32,000 nucleotides of DNA from Synechococcus sp. A15-28 (GTDB lineage: Bacteria; Cyanobacteriota; Cyanobacteriia; PCC-6307; Cyanobiaceae). The DNA is taken from the NCBI RefSeq assembly GCF_014280175.1, contig NZ_CP047931.1, positions 1,410,001 to 1,442,000 of the forward strand, in the 5' to 3' direction. Position numbers and translations under genes: made by a program. Below the pieces are notes generated by a model. The model saw nothing but the letters and a program-made list of their open reading frames with translations, was not told where the DNA came from and did no database searches. Of the stretch, positions 17,703 to 28,137 are shown one piece after another; the first letter of the stretch is position 1; each line of letters opens with the position of its first letter.

Positions 17703-18547
17703 CCGGACTGCTGCGATGTGGCCGTCATTGTCGCCCGTCGACGCTCCAGCAGGAGAGGCACGGCGGCGGCGGCCACATTCAGTGACTCCACCCGGGGACT
17801 GTGGGGCAGGGTCACGGCATGGGTGCAACAGGCCAGCAGCTCCGGATGAAGTCCTGACCCCTCTGTGCCGAGCACAAGGGCCGTGGGCAGACGCCAGTTC
17901 AGATCCCAGTAGGGCACCGCTTGCAGCGGAGCAGCTGAATCCGGAACGAGGGTGGCCACCACCTGCATCCCATCGGCGGCAAGACGTTTCAGTTCGTCCT
18001 TTAGTTGGCTGATCGCAGTGTCTTCATCAGGTCCAAAGCGGTGATGGGGCAGCTGAAGCAATGCTCCGGCTGAAGCCCGAAGGCTTTTGCTGCCGAGCGG
18101 GTCAACCCCTGATCCCAGCCAGACGTTCTGAACATCGGCCGCCAGTGCCGTCCGCAGCAACGTTCCAAGATTGCCTGGATCCTGAATCCGATCCAGTACA
18201 AGCAGGAAATGCACGTCCGTCGGTGGATTCGGCAGAACGTTGAAGGGGCACACGCACGCCACTCCGTCCGGTGTGGTGGTGCTCAATGCCGCTGTCAGCA
18301 CCTCATCGGTGACCAGACGACGTGGTGTCGAGGCTCCCAGCTGCTCCAGGAGATGGAGGTGGTGCTGACACCATCGCTCCGTGGCAACCAACTCCACCGG
18401 CTTGAGATTGCAACGAATCAGCTCCTGCAGAAGATGGGTGCCCTCAAGCAGCAGCAGCTCTTCGTCCTCTCGACCTTTTCGACTGGACAACGACCGCAAC
18501 CGCTTGACCAGGGGGTTCCTGCGACTGCTGATCAGGGAATCCGACAC
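17699..18547 (-). CDS. SpoU/TrmH family RNA 2'-O-methyltransferase
   Basis: SSRRNPLVKRLRSLSSRKGR, FLLVLDRIQDPGNLGTLLRTALAADV, LVLGTEGSGLHPELLACCTHAVTLPHSPRVESLNVAAAAVPLLLERRR. Confidence 0.93.
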   Translation of the reverse strand: MSDSLISSRRNPLVKRLRSLSSRKGREDEELLLLEGTHLLQELIRCNLKPVELVATERWCQHHLHLLEQLGASTPRRLVTDEVLTAALSTTTPDGVACVCPFNVLPNPPTDVHFLLVLDRIQDPGNLGTLLRTALAADVQNVWLGSGVDPLGSKSLRASAGALLQLPHHRFGPDEDTAISQLKDELKRLAADGMQVVATLVPDSAAPLQAVPYWDLNWRLPTALVLGTEGSGLHPELLACCTHAVTLPHSPRVESLNVAAAAVPLLLERRRATMTATSQQSG

Positions 18548-18564
18548 ACCCGACTGGCTGATCT

Positions 18565-18813
18565 TCAGAAGATTGTGTGCTTGCGAACCTTCAATTCTTT
18601 ATGGAAGGAGAGATCTGAACCTTCGAGATCAAGGCCATTAATGGCGGCGATTTCTCCTTTCAGTCCCTCAGCCGCAAGATTTTCGATCAACTTGTTGATG
18701 ACCTGATCTTCAACGGCAGCCTGATCAACTGAGTCAGGGGTCAAACGTTCAAGAAAGCGACCGACCTTGGCTGCGACGACCTCAGATGCGTTTGAAATCT
18801 TCAGGACGATCAT
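18565..18813 (-). CDS. conserved small hypothetical protein
   Basis: 82 aa from MIVLKISNASEVVAAKVGRFLERLTPDSVDQAAVEDQVINKLIENLAAEGLKGEIAAINGL... Confidence 0.7.
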   Translation of the reverse strand: MIVLKISNASEVVAAKVGRFLERLTPDSVDQAAVEDQVINKLIENLAAEGLKGEIAAINGLDLEGSDLSFHKELKVRKHTIF

Positions 18814-18847
18814 GACGGCGGAGAGGACCTTCTCCTGTAAACGGTAG

Positions 18848-18931
18848 TGCGGATGGGGAGACTTGAACTCCCACGATGTTGCCACCACTAGTACCTGAAA
18901 CTAGCGCGTCTACCAATTCCGCCACATCCGC
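18848..18931 (-). tRNA. tRNA-Leu (anticodon CAG)
   Basis: GCGGATG...CATCCGC acceptor stem, long variable arm, anticodon stem-loop CTAGT-TTCAGGT-ACTAG, T arm GGGAG-TTCAAGT-CTCCC. Confidence 0.93.
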
Positions 18932-19087
18932 TGGCGTGTCGCCCAAGCGACCAAGTGAACATACGGCATCGCCCCCCAGACCCCGAACCTGCAATTTGGT
19001 AATCGTTGAAACCAGTTTCGGCGCCGGCCGTCTAGACGGTCTCAGATCTGGTTGTCAAACTGCTTGCAATTGGGTGCAGGGCGTGAA

Positions 19088-20389
19088 ATGACAGCGACGT
19101 CCGCGGTGTCTCAGGAGATTCTCAATCCTCATCTTTGCATTGAGGGCCGTCGACGTCTTCAAGGGGTTCTGAAGGTCAGCGGAGCCAAAAATTCAGCCCT
19201 GGTCCTGATGACTGCTGGGCTGCTCACTGATGAGACTGTGGAACTGACCAATGTTCCCAATCTCACCGACATCAGCGGCATGGGCAGGATCCTGTCTGCC
19301 CTCGGCGTCGAGGTTCACCACTCAGGAGACAGCGTCGTCCTGAACGCCGCAAACCTCACCAGTCACGAACCCCCCTACGAACTGGTCAACAGCCTTCGCG
19401 CCAGCTTTTTCTGCATCGGTTCACTGCTGGGCCGCTTGGGTCAGGCCAGGGTGCCCCTACCAGGCGGTTGTCGTATCGGCGCTCGCCCCGTTGTTGAACA
19501 CATCCGCGGTCTCAAAGCGCTGGGAGCACTTGTCAGCGTGGAACACGGCATCGTGACCGCCTCCGTCAAAGGCAGCCGCAAGCGTCTGACAGGGGCGCCG
19601 ATCGTTCTGGACTGTCCAAGCGTTGGGGCCACCGAAACACTGCTGATGGCGGCGGTGCTGGCCGATGGCACTACCACGATTGAAAACGCTGCCCAGGAAC
19701 CCGAAGTTCAGGATCTGGCCAATCTGCTGAGTCAGATGGGTGCCGACATCAGCGGCGCCGGAGGACCGGTGATCACCATTCAGGGTGTCGAACGTCTCCA
19801 TGGAGTTCGCAACTATCCGGTCATCCCGGACCGCATCGAAGCGGGCACGTTCCTGTTGGCAGCAGCGATCACCCGATCACCCATTCGGGTGGAACCCGTG
19901 ACTCCAGAACACCTGAGCGCTGTGCTGCAGAAGCTTCGGGACTGCGGCTGCCAACTGGAGATTGATCACCGGGGAATTTCCATCACCCCTGGTGACATTC
20001 AGGCGGTCGACATCACCACCCAACCTTTCCCTGGTTTTCCGACCGATCTTCAGGCTCCGTTCATGGCACTGATGACCACGGCCAAGGGCACCAGCGTGAT
20101 CAGCGAAAAGATTTACGAGAACAGGCTTCAACACGTCGCTGAACTGCAGCGCATGGGCGCCTCCATCCGCGTTGAAGGCAGCACGGCCATTGTTGAAGGG
20201 GTGTCTCAGCTCAGCTCAGCCCCCGTCACCGGAAGTGACCTGAGAGCTGCAGCGGCCATGGTGCTAGCGGGTCTGGCGGCGAATGGCACCACCAAGGTGT
20301 CCGGGCTCAAGCATCTCGATCGTGGCTACGACAATGTCGAAGAAAAGTTGAACGCCGTTGGTGCGAACTTAAAGCGACAGCAGAGCTGA
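19088..20389 (+). CDS. murA: UDP-N-acetylglucosamine 1-carboxyvinyltransferase
   Basis: LKVSGAKNSALVLMTAGLL, GGCRIGARPVVEHIRGLKALG, DLRAAAAMVLAGLAANGTTKVSGLKHLDRGYD; the catalytic Cys position is Gly/Gly-Cys in GGCRIG. ATG at 19088 preferred. Confidence 0.94.
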   Translation: MTATSAVSQEILNPHLCIEGRRRLQGVLKVSGAKNSALVLMTAGLLTDETVELTNVPNLTDISGMGRILSALGVEVHHSGDSVVLNAANLTSHEPPYELVNSLRASFFCIGSLLGRLGQARVPLPGGCRIGARPVVEHIRGLKALGALVSVEHGIVTASVKGSRKRLTGAPIVLDCPSVGATETLLMAAVLADGTTTIENAAQEPEVQDLANLLSQMGADISGAGGPVITIQGVERLHGVRNYPVIPDRIEAGTFLLAAAITRSPIRVEPVTPEHLSAVLQKLRDCGCQLEIDHRGISITPGDIQAVDITTQPFPGFPTDLQAPFMALMTTAKGTSVISEKIYENRLQHVAELQRMGASIRVEGSTAIVEGVSQLSSAPVTGSDLRAAAAMVLAGLAANGTTKVSGLKHLDRGYDNVEEKLNAVGANLKRQQS

Positions 20390-20423
20390 ATTCGGGGGCA
20401 TCACTACATACAATCCCTGATAC

Positions 20424-20506
20424 GGGAGCCTGGCGGAATTGGTAGACGCAGCTGACTCAAAATCAGCCGGCCACTGGTCTTGGGGGTTCAAGTCCCCCGG
20501 CTCCCA
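20424..20506 (+). tRNA. tRNA-Leu (anticodon CAA)
   Basis: GGGAGCC...GGCTCCCA acceptor, anticodon arm GCTGA-CTCAAAA-TCAGC, T arm GGGGG-TTCAAGT-CCCCC. Confidence 0.94.
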
Positions 20507-20519
20507 TCCAGAGGCGGTG

Positions 20520-21701
20520 ATGAACACCTACAACCGCTTTCCCCTCACGCTTGTGCGAGGTCGTGGTTGCTGGGTCTGGGATGACCACGGCCATCGCTAT
20601 CTCGACGCCGTTGCCGGCATCGCCACCGACACCCTTGGGCACAGCGACCGAGCCCTACGCCGCAGCCTCAGCCGTCAACTCCGACGACTCCAGCACGTTT
20701 CCAATCTGTACCGGATTCCGGAACAGGAGGCCCTGGCCACCTGGTTGGTGCAGCACAGCTGCGCCGACAGCGTTTTTTTCTGCAACTCCGGAGCCGAAGC
20801 CAATGAAGCCGCCATCAAGCTCGCCCGCAAGCACGGCCACCTGAAACGCGGTATCAACCGGCCACGGATCCTCACCGCTTCAGCCAGCTTCCATGGCCGC
20901 ACCCTTGCCGCGGTGAGTGCCACCGGGCAGCCCCGCTACCACCAGGGCTTTGAACCGATCGTTGAAGGTTTCGACTACTTCCCTTACAACGACATTCATG
21001 CCTTCGAGTCCCTGCTCGAACGCCATGAAGCCAATGGGCCGGCGGTGGCGGCTGTGTTGCTTGAACCTCTTCAGGGTGAAGGGGGAGTTCACCCGGGTGA
21101 TGCCGCTTTCTTCCAGCGCCTTCGTCATCTCTGCTGTGAGCGCAACATCCTGTTGATCCTTGATGAAGTGCAGGTGGGCATGGGCCGCAGTGGTCGGCTC
21201 TGGGGCTACGAACAGCTCGGCATTGAGCCGGACGCTTTCACCCTGGCCAAGGGACTGGGGGGCGGCCACGCCATCGGTGCCCTGCTGGTGAATTCCAAGG
21301 CGGATGTGTTTGAGCCCGGTGATCACGCCAGTACGTTTGGCGGCAACCCCTTTGCCTGCACCGCTGGACTGACGGTGGCCCGGGAGATCGAACGCAGGGG
21401 ATTGCTTCGCCATGTGGAGGAGCGTGGCCAGCAGCTGCAGCGGGGACTCGAGGCGCTCGTCGCCCGATACCCCAGGGTTCTGCAGGGAGTGCGCGGATGG
21501 GGCCTGCTGCAAGGCCTCGTGCTTCATCAGGACTCTGGTGTCACAGCACCACAACTGGCAAAGGCCGCCATTGAGCAACGCCTTCTGCTGGTGGCCGCTG
21601 GTGCGACGGTGCTGAGGATGGTGCCTCCACTGGTGATCTCAGCCCATGAGGTGCGCCAATTGCTCAGACGACTGGACGCGACCCTCGCTGGGCTGAGCTG
21701 A
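20520..21701 (+). CDS. argD: acetylornithine aminotransferase
   Basis: Class III aminotransferase: FFCNSGAEANEAAIKLARKH, FHGRTLAAVSATG, LILDEVQVGMGRSG, LAKGLGGGHAIGALL. Internal ATG at 20520 follows the tRNA. Confidence 0.94.
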   Translation: MNTYNRFPLTLVRGRGCWVWDDHGHRYLDAVAGIATDTLGHSDRALRRSLSRQLRRLQHVSNLYRIPEQEALATWLVQHSCADSVFFCNSGAEANEAAIKLARKHGHLKRGINRPRILTASASFHGRTLAAVSATGQPRYHQGFEPIVEGFDYFPYNDIHAFESLLERHEANGPAVAAVLLEPLQGEGGVHPGDAAFFQRLRHLCCERNILLILDEVQVGMGRSGRLWGYEQLGIEPDAFTLAKGLGGGHAIGALLVNSKADVFEPGDHASTFGGNPFACTAGLTVAREIERRGLLRHVEERGQQLQRGLEALVARYPRVLQGVRGWGLLQGLVLHQDSGVTAPQLAKAAIEQRLLLVAAGATVLRMVPPLVISAHEVRQLLRRLDATLAGLS

Positions 21702-21709
21702 TCGCCGCG

Positions 21710-22933
21710 ATGGCGGAACAGCAACTGTCGGATCTGATCCCACGCTTTGACCTGCGGGGCATGGATCTGCAACTCGAGCGGATGCGCCATGCCATCCAGG
21801 CACTCGGATCGCCCTGTGGTGACATCCCCGCGATTCAGGTGGCTGGCACCAACGGCAAGGGGTCGATTGTCAGCTTCCTGAGCGCAGCACTGCAGCAAGC
21901 CAGCATCCACAGCGGCGTGACCACCTCCCCCCATCTAGTGAGCTGGTGTGAACGGATCGCAATCGATGGAATTCCGATCAGCGAGACCCAGCTCCGCCAG
22001 CTCCTACTGGCCCAGAAACAGCTCTGCGCCAAACATCAGCTCACCCCCTTCGAACAACTTCTGATCGCAGCCCTGGCGCACTTCCATGTCGAATCGGTGG
22101 ATCTGCTGGTAATGGAGGTGGGCTTAGGGGGTCGTCTGGATGCCACCACGGCCCATCCCAATCGACCGGTGATCGCCATGGCCAGCATCGGCCTCGACCA
22201 CTGCGAACACCTGGGATCCACCCTGACGGCCATCGCCGCTGAGAAAGCCGCAGTGATCACCCCCGGTGCTCGGGTGATCAGCGCTGAGCAACCGGAAGCA
22301 GTGCGGGATGTGCTGGAGCAGACCTGCAGCGCCAACAACGCCGATCTGCAGTGGGTCGATCCCTTACCCAAAGACTGGTCCCTGGGCCTGGCAGGGGATT
22401 GGCAGCGACGCAACGCCGCCGTGGCCCGTGGCGCGTTGCAGGCCCTGGATCGTCTGGGATGGAGTCTTGATGAGGCCACCATCCGGGCTGGATTGGCCCA
22501 GGCCCGTTGGCGCGGCCGCCTGCAGACTGTGACCTGGCAGGGCCATCCACTTCTCCTCGATGGCGCCCACAACCCACCCGCCGCGGAGCAACTGGCCCTG
22601 GAACGGCAGCGCTGGCAGGGCCAGGAGCAGGGTGTGGTGTGGATCCTTGGAATCCAGGCCCACAAGCAGGCGGTGGAGATGCTGCAGCTGTTGCTGCAGC
22701 CGCAGGATCAGGCCTGGATCGTGCCGGTTCCCAATCACCGCAGCTGGACGCGTGACGCTCTCGTGCAAGAGAAACAGCACTGGGGAGACCAGCTCAGGGA
22801 TGCCAGCAGCGCTGATGATGCACTGAAGCGGATCGAGGAAACCAGTGGCTGGCCTCAGCCGATGCCTGTGCTGGCGGGCTCCCTGTATCTGATCGGGGAT
22901 CTGCTCGAGCGGCGGCTGGTGCAGGCAGAGTGA
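21710..22933 (+). CDS. folC: bifunctional folylpolyglutamate synthase/dihydrofolate synthase
   Basis: IQVAGTNGKGSIVSFLSAALQQA, TSPHLVSWCERI, LLVMEVGLGGRLDATTA, LLDGAHNPPAAEQLA. Confidence 0.94.
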   Translation: MAEQQLSDLIPRFDLRGMDLQLERMRHAIQALGSPCGDIPAIQVAGTNGKGSIVSFLSAALQQASIHSGVTTSPHLVSWCERIAIDGIPISETQLRQLLLAQKQLCAKHQLTPFEQLLIAALAHFHVESVDLLVMEVGLGGRLDATTAHPNRPVIAMASIGLDHCEHLGSTLTAIAAEKAAVITPGARVISAEQPEAVRDVLEQTCSANNADLQWVDPLPKDWSLGLAGDWQRRNAAVARGALQALDRLGWSLDEATIRAGLAQARWRGRLQTVTWQGHPLLLDGAHNPPAAEQLALERQRWQGQEQGVVWILGIQAHKQAVEMLQLLLQPQDQAWIVPVPNHRSWTRDALVQEKQHWGDQLRDASSADDALKRIEETSGWPQPMPVLAGSLYLIGDLLERRLVQAE

Positions 22934-23469
22934 GTTCCTCCCGCACCGGATCGATGCTGACCTTGTTGCTGTCGCTGCTGTTGCCTCTGCTGGTCCTCGT
23001 GCTGCCCGCCACCGCCCTCGACACCTCCGCTGGCGTTGGCCTGCAGGACCGGGCGCTGTTCCAGGAAACCGTGGACTACACCCTGACCAACCAGAGCGGT
23101 GGCGATTTTCACGGTCAGCATCTGGCCAACACCTCCTTTGCCGGTGCTGTGGGCCGAGGGGCGGATTTCAGCGGTGCCGACCTGCACGGGGCGATCTTCA
23201 CCCAGGGCGCTTTTGCCGAGGCGAATTTCAGCGGCGCGGACTTATCCGATGCACTGATGGATCGAGCCGACTTCGCCGGCACAGATCTGCGCGACGCCGT
23301 TCTGACGGGAATCATCGCGTCGGGCAGCAGCTTCAGCGATGCGCGGATTGAGGGAGCTGACTTCAGCGATGCCCTGCTGGATATGGATGACCAACGCCGC
23401 CTCTGCCGCGACGCCGACGGGGTCAACCCTGCGACGGGTGTGGCGACCCTGGACAGCCTGGGCTGCTGA
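22930..23469 (+). CDS. secreted/lumenal pentapeptide repeat protein
   Basis: Signal-like N-terminus LTLLLSLLLPLLVLVLPATALD followed by ADFSGADLHGAIFTQGAFAEANFSGADLSDALMDRADFAGTDLRDA repeats. Confidence 0.88.
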   Translation: MSSSRTGSMLTLLLSLLLPLLVLVLPATALDTSAGVGLQDRALFQETVDYTLTNQSGGDFHGQHLANTSFAGAVGRGADFSGADLHGAIFTQGAFAEANFSGADLSDALMDRADFAGTDLRDAVLTGIIASGSSFSDARIEGADFSDALLDMDDQRRLCRDADGVNPATGVATLDSLGC

Positions 23470-24817
23470 TCGACTCCAACCAGCCCCTCAGCTTGCCAGG
23501 GTTGAGCAGACCATTGGGGTCGAAGCGCTGCTTGGCGGCGACCTGATCGCCATCAACCACTCCGAGTCCACCGTCTTCAACGGTGATCACATGGGGGTTG
23601 AACAGAACCGCTCCCACCTCACGGCAGTCCGTCATCAACGCGTCCAGTTGCTCGGCGCTGGTCCAGCGGACCAGGGGGAGCGCCGCCAAACGCGCTGCCC
23701 CCTGCTGACGGACCCCTTCCAGATGCCAGAGCAAGGCATCACCCCAACGCTGCTTCAGATGGTCCATAGCCGGCAACTCCGGCTCCGGCAGCAGCATCTG
23801 CAGATAAGTCCAGCCGGCATCAGCGGACCGCATGTGCAGCGTGGTGTGGTTCCAACTCAACTCGCGGATCCCCTGGCCCCCGGCCAGATCCTCTGGGCCT
23901 AGGTCGTGCAGCACCGCGCCGGATGCCGCAGCCAGTCGGGCCAGGGTGTCCACCCCATCCGGGGCCACCAGCAACAGCAGACGGTGGCCGTTGGGTTCAG
24001 GACCACTCCATGGGGGTAGGGAATCCAGAACGGACCTCTCCAGCAGCGTCGCCAGGTGCAGCTCCAGCGCAGAACGGCTGCAGCGCTGCAGCAGGGCCAC
24101 CGCTGCGCTCCAGGTCTCCACATCAATGCTGATCTGGTGCCAATCCACTACAGGCGCGGTGGCCAACTGCAATCGGGTGACGATGCCGTTGGTGCCGTAT
24201 GCATGGTTCAAGGCTTCCGCCTCGGTGGCATCCAGTTGCAGACGTCGAGGTGTCGATTCCATCGTGATCACCTCGGCACCCAGCAGATGGCCTGGATCCC
24301 GCAGGAAACCCCAGCGGATTGAGCCGATGCCACCGGAACCACCGGCTAAAAATCCACCGATGGATGCGCTGCGCCAGGTGCTGGGCAGCAGTCGTAGCTG
24401 GCGGCCATGGGCTCGCAGATGCTGATCGAGATCCCGCATCAGGCAACCGGGCTGAACCGTCACCACACCCGTGGATGGATCCAGGAGCTCCACCTCGCGC
24501 AGGGAGCCACAGAGCATGACGACTCCACCCTCAAGCGGGACGCACTGGCCGTAGTTGCCGGTGCCAGAACCACGCAGGGTCAGCGGAACGCCATGGCGTC
24601 CGCAGGCCGCTGCCAATCGCTCCACTCCAGCAACAGTGATGGGCCGGACCACAAGATCGGCTCTGCAGGGCGAAAGCCTCGGTTGCAGGATCGGGGAATA
24701 GTCGTAGAAATCCTTGGAATAGCGCTGCAGGTCAGCGTCGCCGCACAGCAACTCCAGCTCGTGGTCGGTGGCGAGCTCCGCCGCCAGGGCTGCCAGGGAT
24801 TCCGAAGACGCCATCAC
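23423..24817 (-). CDS. FAD-binding oxidoreductase (GlcD-like)
   Basis: VRPITVAGVERLAAACGRHGVPLTLRGSGTGNYGQCVPLEGGVVM, STWRSASIGGFLAGGSGGIGSIRWG, RFDPNGLLNPGKLRG. Confidence 0.88.
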   Translation of the reverse strand: MMASSESLAALAAELATDHELELLCGDADLQRYSKDFYDYSPILQPRLSPCRADLVVRPITVAGVERLAAACGRHGVPLTLRGSGTGNYGQCVPLEGGVVMLCGSLREVELLDPSTGVVTVQPGCLMRDLDQHLRAHGRQLRLLPSTWRSASIGGFLAGGSGGIGSIRWGFLRDPGHLLGAEVITMESTPRRLQLDATEAEALNHAYGTNGIVTRLQLATAPVVDWHQISIDVETWSAAVALLQRCSRSALELHLATLLERSVLDSLPPWSGPEPNGHRLLLLVAPDGVDTLARLAAASGAVLHDLGPEDLAGGQGIRELSWNHTTLHMRSADAGWTYLQMLLPEPELPAMDHLKQRWGDALLWHLEGVRQQGAARLAALPLVRWTSAEQLDALMTDCREVGAVLFNPHVITVEDGGLGVVDGDQVAAKQRFDPNGLLNPGKLRGWLESISSPGCPGSPHPSQG

Positions 24818-24850
24818 CGTGGTGGACCAACAGGGTGCGGTCTAGCGCCT

Positions 24851-26092
24851 TCAGGGCTGCCACCAACGACCACCGATCAACACCCGTCGCTGCGGAGGGC
24901 AGCGCAGTGCCTCCGACCAACTGTCCGCCTCCAGCACGATCAGGTCAGCTGGCGCACCGGAACCGATCCGTCCGTCCCAGTCCAGATCCATCACAGCGGC
25001 GGCGGTGGTGGTGAAGGGCGAAAGGCCCAGGCGTTGCCAGGGGGCCAACTGCGCCAGGGGGAGGCAACTGGCCATCAGAGCCAAGGGGTCGAAGTCTCCC
25101 GCTGGAAACCATGGGTCAGCGACGTTGTCGCCACCCACCGCCACCCGAACACCGGCCCTCTGCAGCTGCCGGATCGGAGCGAGCGGCCGGCGCAATGGGG
25201 TCGCCTGCGGCGACTGGCCCAGCAACCATCCATTGGTCAGCGGCAGCGCCACCACCTGCAACCGATGCGCCGCCATCCGGTCTGCCAGCCGTTGCAAACG
25301 CCTTGGTGACAACAACGCAAGGCTGCTGGCGTGGCTGCAGGTGATCGGCTGATGGCAGGGAACCTGCTCGAGCACCAGCAGCAGTTGCTGCAGCCCATCG
25401 GCAGCCCCATGGCTCGCTTCATCGATGTGCAGGTCGACACCACAGCCGAGCTCCTCCGCCAGCCGCAGCATCGCCCTCAGATCACGGCGAACGGATTCAC
25501 CCCGGCAGGGGGGCACCACAACACCCCCCAGCAATCCCCCACGGGCCGCGACCCGCTGGGCCAGCTGGGCTCCTGCAGAGGTGGCCCAGTGGGCGATCGG
25601 CAGCAAGGCCACCAGCTGCAGCTCGACCTGGCCATGCCACTGGCTCTTCAGCGCCTGCAGCGCCTCCCAGCTGGCGTCCGCGCCGGGGCCCAGGCTGTCG
25701 ATGTGGCTGCGCATGGCCCGCAGCCCGTTCTGACAGGCCCTGCTGATGGCCTTCTCACCCCTGGACAGCACCGACTCCTGATCACGGACGCGGTGCTCGT
25801 TCATGTTGGCCTCGAGGGCACCGTCGTAGGTGCCGCTGAGGTTGGGGTGGGCCGTCCAGGTGTAGGCCTTATCGAGGTGCACATGGGGGTCCACCAAGCG
25901 CGGCAACACCAGCGCGTTCAGACGATCAACAGGTCTGCTGAGCAGCTCGGGTTCCTGCAGGCGCCCATCAGACCAGGACAACCTGACGGGCGTCAGCCCC
26001 TCCGCAGTGACAGCGGGGATGGCCGATCCATGCCGGAGTTGAAGCAGGCTTCGCGGCAGCCATGCCTCGACAGAAGAGGACGCTCCGCTCAC
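24851..26092 (-). CDS. cytosine deaminase-like amidohydrolase
   Basis: LVDPHVHLDKAY, MRSHIDSLGPGADASWEAL, CGVDLHIDEA, ITCSHASSLALLS, VAVGGDNVADPWFPAGDFDPL. Confidence 0.87.
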   Translation of the reverse strand: MSGASSSVEAWLPRSLLQLRHGSAIPAVTAEGLTPVRLSWSDGRLQEPELLSRPVDRLNALVLPRLVDPHVHLDKAYTWTAHPNLSGTYDGALEANMNEHRVRDQESVLSRGEKAISRACQNGLRAMRSHIDSLGPGADASWEALQALKSQWHGQVELQLVALLPIAHWATSAGAQLAQRVAARGGLLGGVVVPPCRGESVRRDLRAMLRLAEELGCGVDLHIDEASHGAADGLQQLLLVLEQVPCHQPITCSHASSLALLSPRRLQRLADRMAAHRLQVVALPLTNGWLLGQSPQATPLRRPLAPIRQLQRAGVRVAVGGDNVADPWFPAGDFDPLALMASCLPLAQLAPWQRLGLSPFTTTAAAVMDLDWDGRIGSGAPADLIVLEADSWSEALRCPPQRRVLIGGRWWQP

Positions 26093-26520
26093 TCGAGACT
26101 GCCGGCGTCGGTCTTGGTGTGCAGCAGCACAAACTGCCCGGCAACACCGAGGGTCACCACCTCAACCTCCGGCAAGGTCAACCCTGGGAGTAACGGCTGC
26201 CCTCCGATCGAGGTGGAGTACAAGCTGGCCACACCGAGATTGCGGCGTGATGTGAAACGAACAGCCAAAGCCGCGAGAGCCGCCTCCTGAGATGCCACCA
26301 ATCCGGGACAGTCACGGATCCACAGCTGCAGCACCATCGGAAGACCGTCGCCCTGGCACAACTCCGTGGACAGAAACGCGACCAACTGTTTGCCGGCGTG
26401 CAGCTCGTAATCATCCACGGAGGGGTTGGTCACCACCAGACCCAAAGCAGCTCCAACCGTGGTGACAACCGCCAGTGCCGCCGCCATGGGAACTTGTCGC
26501 TGAAAGACGGAGCGCGGCAA
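26089..26520 (-). CDS. hypothetical protein, DUF4359-like
   Basis: Single N-terminal TM then VTNPSVDDYELHAGKQLVAFLSTELC, resembling the cyanobacterial DUF4359 pattern. Confidence 0.6.
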   Translation of the reverse strand: MPRSVFQRQVPMAAALAVVTTVGAALGLVVTNPSVDDYELHAGKQLVAFLSTELCQGDGLPMVLQLWIRDCPGLVASQEAALAALAVRFTSRRNLGVASLYSTSIGGQPLLPGLTLPEVEVVTLGVAGQFVLLHTKTDAGSLE

Positions 26521-26561
26521 CCGGTCAACTGGGACACGAATTGGTAGATTCTCCCTGACGC

Positions 26562-26635
26562 GGCGGGCGTCGCCAAGTGGTTAAGGCAGCGGCTTGTGGC
26601 GCCGCTATTCGGGGGTTCGAATCCCCTCGCTCGCC
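26562..26635 (+). tRNA. tRNA-His (anticodon GTG)
   Basis: G(-1)+GCGGGCG...CGCTCGC+C73, anticodon arm GCGGC-TTGTGGC-GCCGC, T arm GGGGG-TTCGAAT-CCCCT. Confidence 0.93.
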
Positions 26636-26694
26636 CTCACCCCCATGAAGAGCATCCGGTGGTGTAACACACTGGAATTGGCTCCGATTCGAAT

Positions 26695-28101
26695 TTGACC
26701 GCTACCGCTTCAACCTTTGTTCCCGCTGCAAACGCGCAGAGCCGCGGCAGCTACTGGATCACCACCTTCGGCTGCCAGATGAACAAGGCTGATTCCGAAC
26801 GGATGGCCGGCATCCTCGAGGCCATGGGGTACCGCGCTGCCGACGCCGAACTGGAGGCGGATCTGGTCCTTTACAACACCTGCACGATCCGCGACAACGC
26901 CGAGCAGAAGGTCTACAGCTATCTCGGGCGACAGGCTCAGCGCAAACGGCTTGATCCCAATCTCACTCTGGTGGTGGCGGGCTGCGTCGCCCAGCAGGAA
27001 GGGGAATCACTGCTGCGGCGCGTGCCCGAACTCGACCTGGTGATGGGCCCGCAACATGCCAATCGGCTTGAAGTGCTGCTCAATCAGGTGGACAGCGGCC
27101 AACAGGTGGTGGCCACGGAAGACCATCACATTCTTGAAGACATCACCACCGCGCGTCGGGACAGCAGCATCTGCGGTTGGGTCAATGTGATCTATGGCTG
27201 CAATGAGCGCTGCACCTACTGCGTGGTGCCCTCCGTGCGGGGCAAGGAGCAATCAAGGCTCCCAGCGTCCATCCGCCTGGAAATGGAAGGACTGGCCGCC
27301 CAGGGGTACAAGGAAATCACCCTGTTGGGCCAGAATATCGATGCCTACGGGCGCGACCTCCCGGGGATCACACCGGAGGGGCGGCGGCAGCACACCCTGA
27401 CGGACCTCTTGCATCAGGTCCATGACGTGGAGGGAATCGAGCGCATCCGCTTTGCCACAAGCCATCCGCGTTACTTCACCGAGCGGTTGATCGATGCCTG
27501 TGCAGATCTTCCCAAGCTCTGCGAACACTTTCATATCCCCTTCCAGAGCGGCGACAACGACCTCCTGCGAGCCATGGCCCGCGGTTACACCGTGGAGCGG
27601 TACCGCCGGATCATCGATCGCATCCGCGAGCGCATGCCCGATGCCTCCTTGAGCGCCGACGTGATCGTGGCCTTCCCTGGCGAAACCGAAGCCCAGTACC
27701 AGCGCACCCTTGATCTGATCGAAGAGATCGGCTTCGACCAGGTGAACACCGCGGCCTATTCGCCGCGGCCCAACACCCCCGCTGCCACGTGGGACAACCA
27801 ATTGCCGGAGGAGGTCAAGGTGACGCGACTCCAGCAGATCAATGCCTTGGTGGAGCGCTGCGCCCGCGAGCGGAATGCGCGATACGCCGGCCGCAGTGAG
27901 GACGTTCTGGCGGAGGGCATCAACCCCAAGGATCCCAGTCAGCTGATGGGACGCACCCGCACCAACCGACTGACCTTTTTCCAGGCAACCGGCCCCGATG
28001 GCCATCAATACCGTCCCGGCGATCTCGTGAACGTCCATATCGACGCGGTCCGCTCCTTTTCATTGAGCGGAACCCCCCTGCCCCGCACCGGAGAGCGCTG
28101 A
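26695..28101 (+). CDS. miaB: tRNA-2-methylthio-N6-dimethylallyladenosine synthase
   Basis: [82 protein letters not shown]. Confidence 0.96.
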   Translation: MTATASTFVPAANAQSRGSYWITTFGCQMNKADSERMAGILEAMGYRAADAELEADLVLYNTCTIRDNAEQKVYSYLGRQAQRKRLDPNLTLVVAGCVAQQEGESLLRRVPELDLVMGPQHANRLEVLLNQVDSGQQVVATEDHHILEDITTARRDSSICGWVNVIYGCNERCTYCVVPSVRGKEQSRLPASIRLEMEGLAAQGYKEITLLGQNIDAYGRDLPGITPEGRRQHTLTDLLHQVHDVEGIERIRFATSHPRYFTERLIDACADLPKLCEHFHIPFQSGDNDLLRAMARGYTVERYRRIIDRIRERMPDASLSADVIVAFPGETEAQYQRTLDLIEEIGFDQVNTAAYSPRPNTPAATWDNQLPEEVKVTRLQQINALVERCARERNARYAGRSEDVLAEGINPKDPSQLMGRTRTNRLTFFQATGPDGHQYRPGDLVNVHIDAVRSFSLSGTPLPRTGER

Positions 28102-28137
28102 TACCTTTGGCGCCTCGGCGCGGGGTTGTTGAAAGCG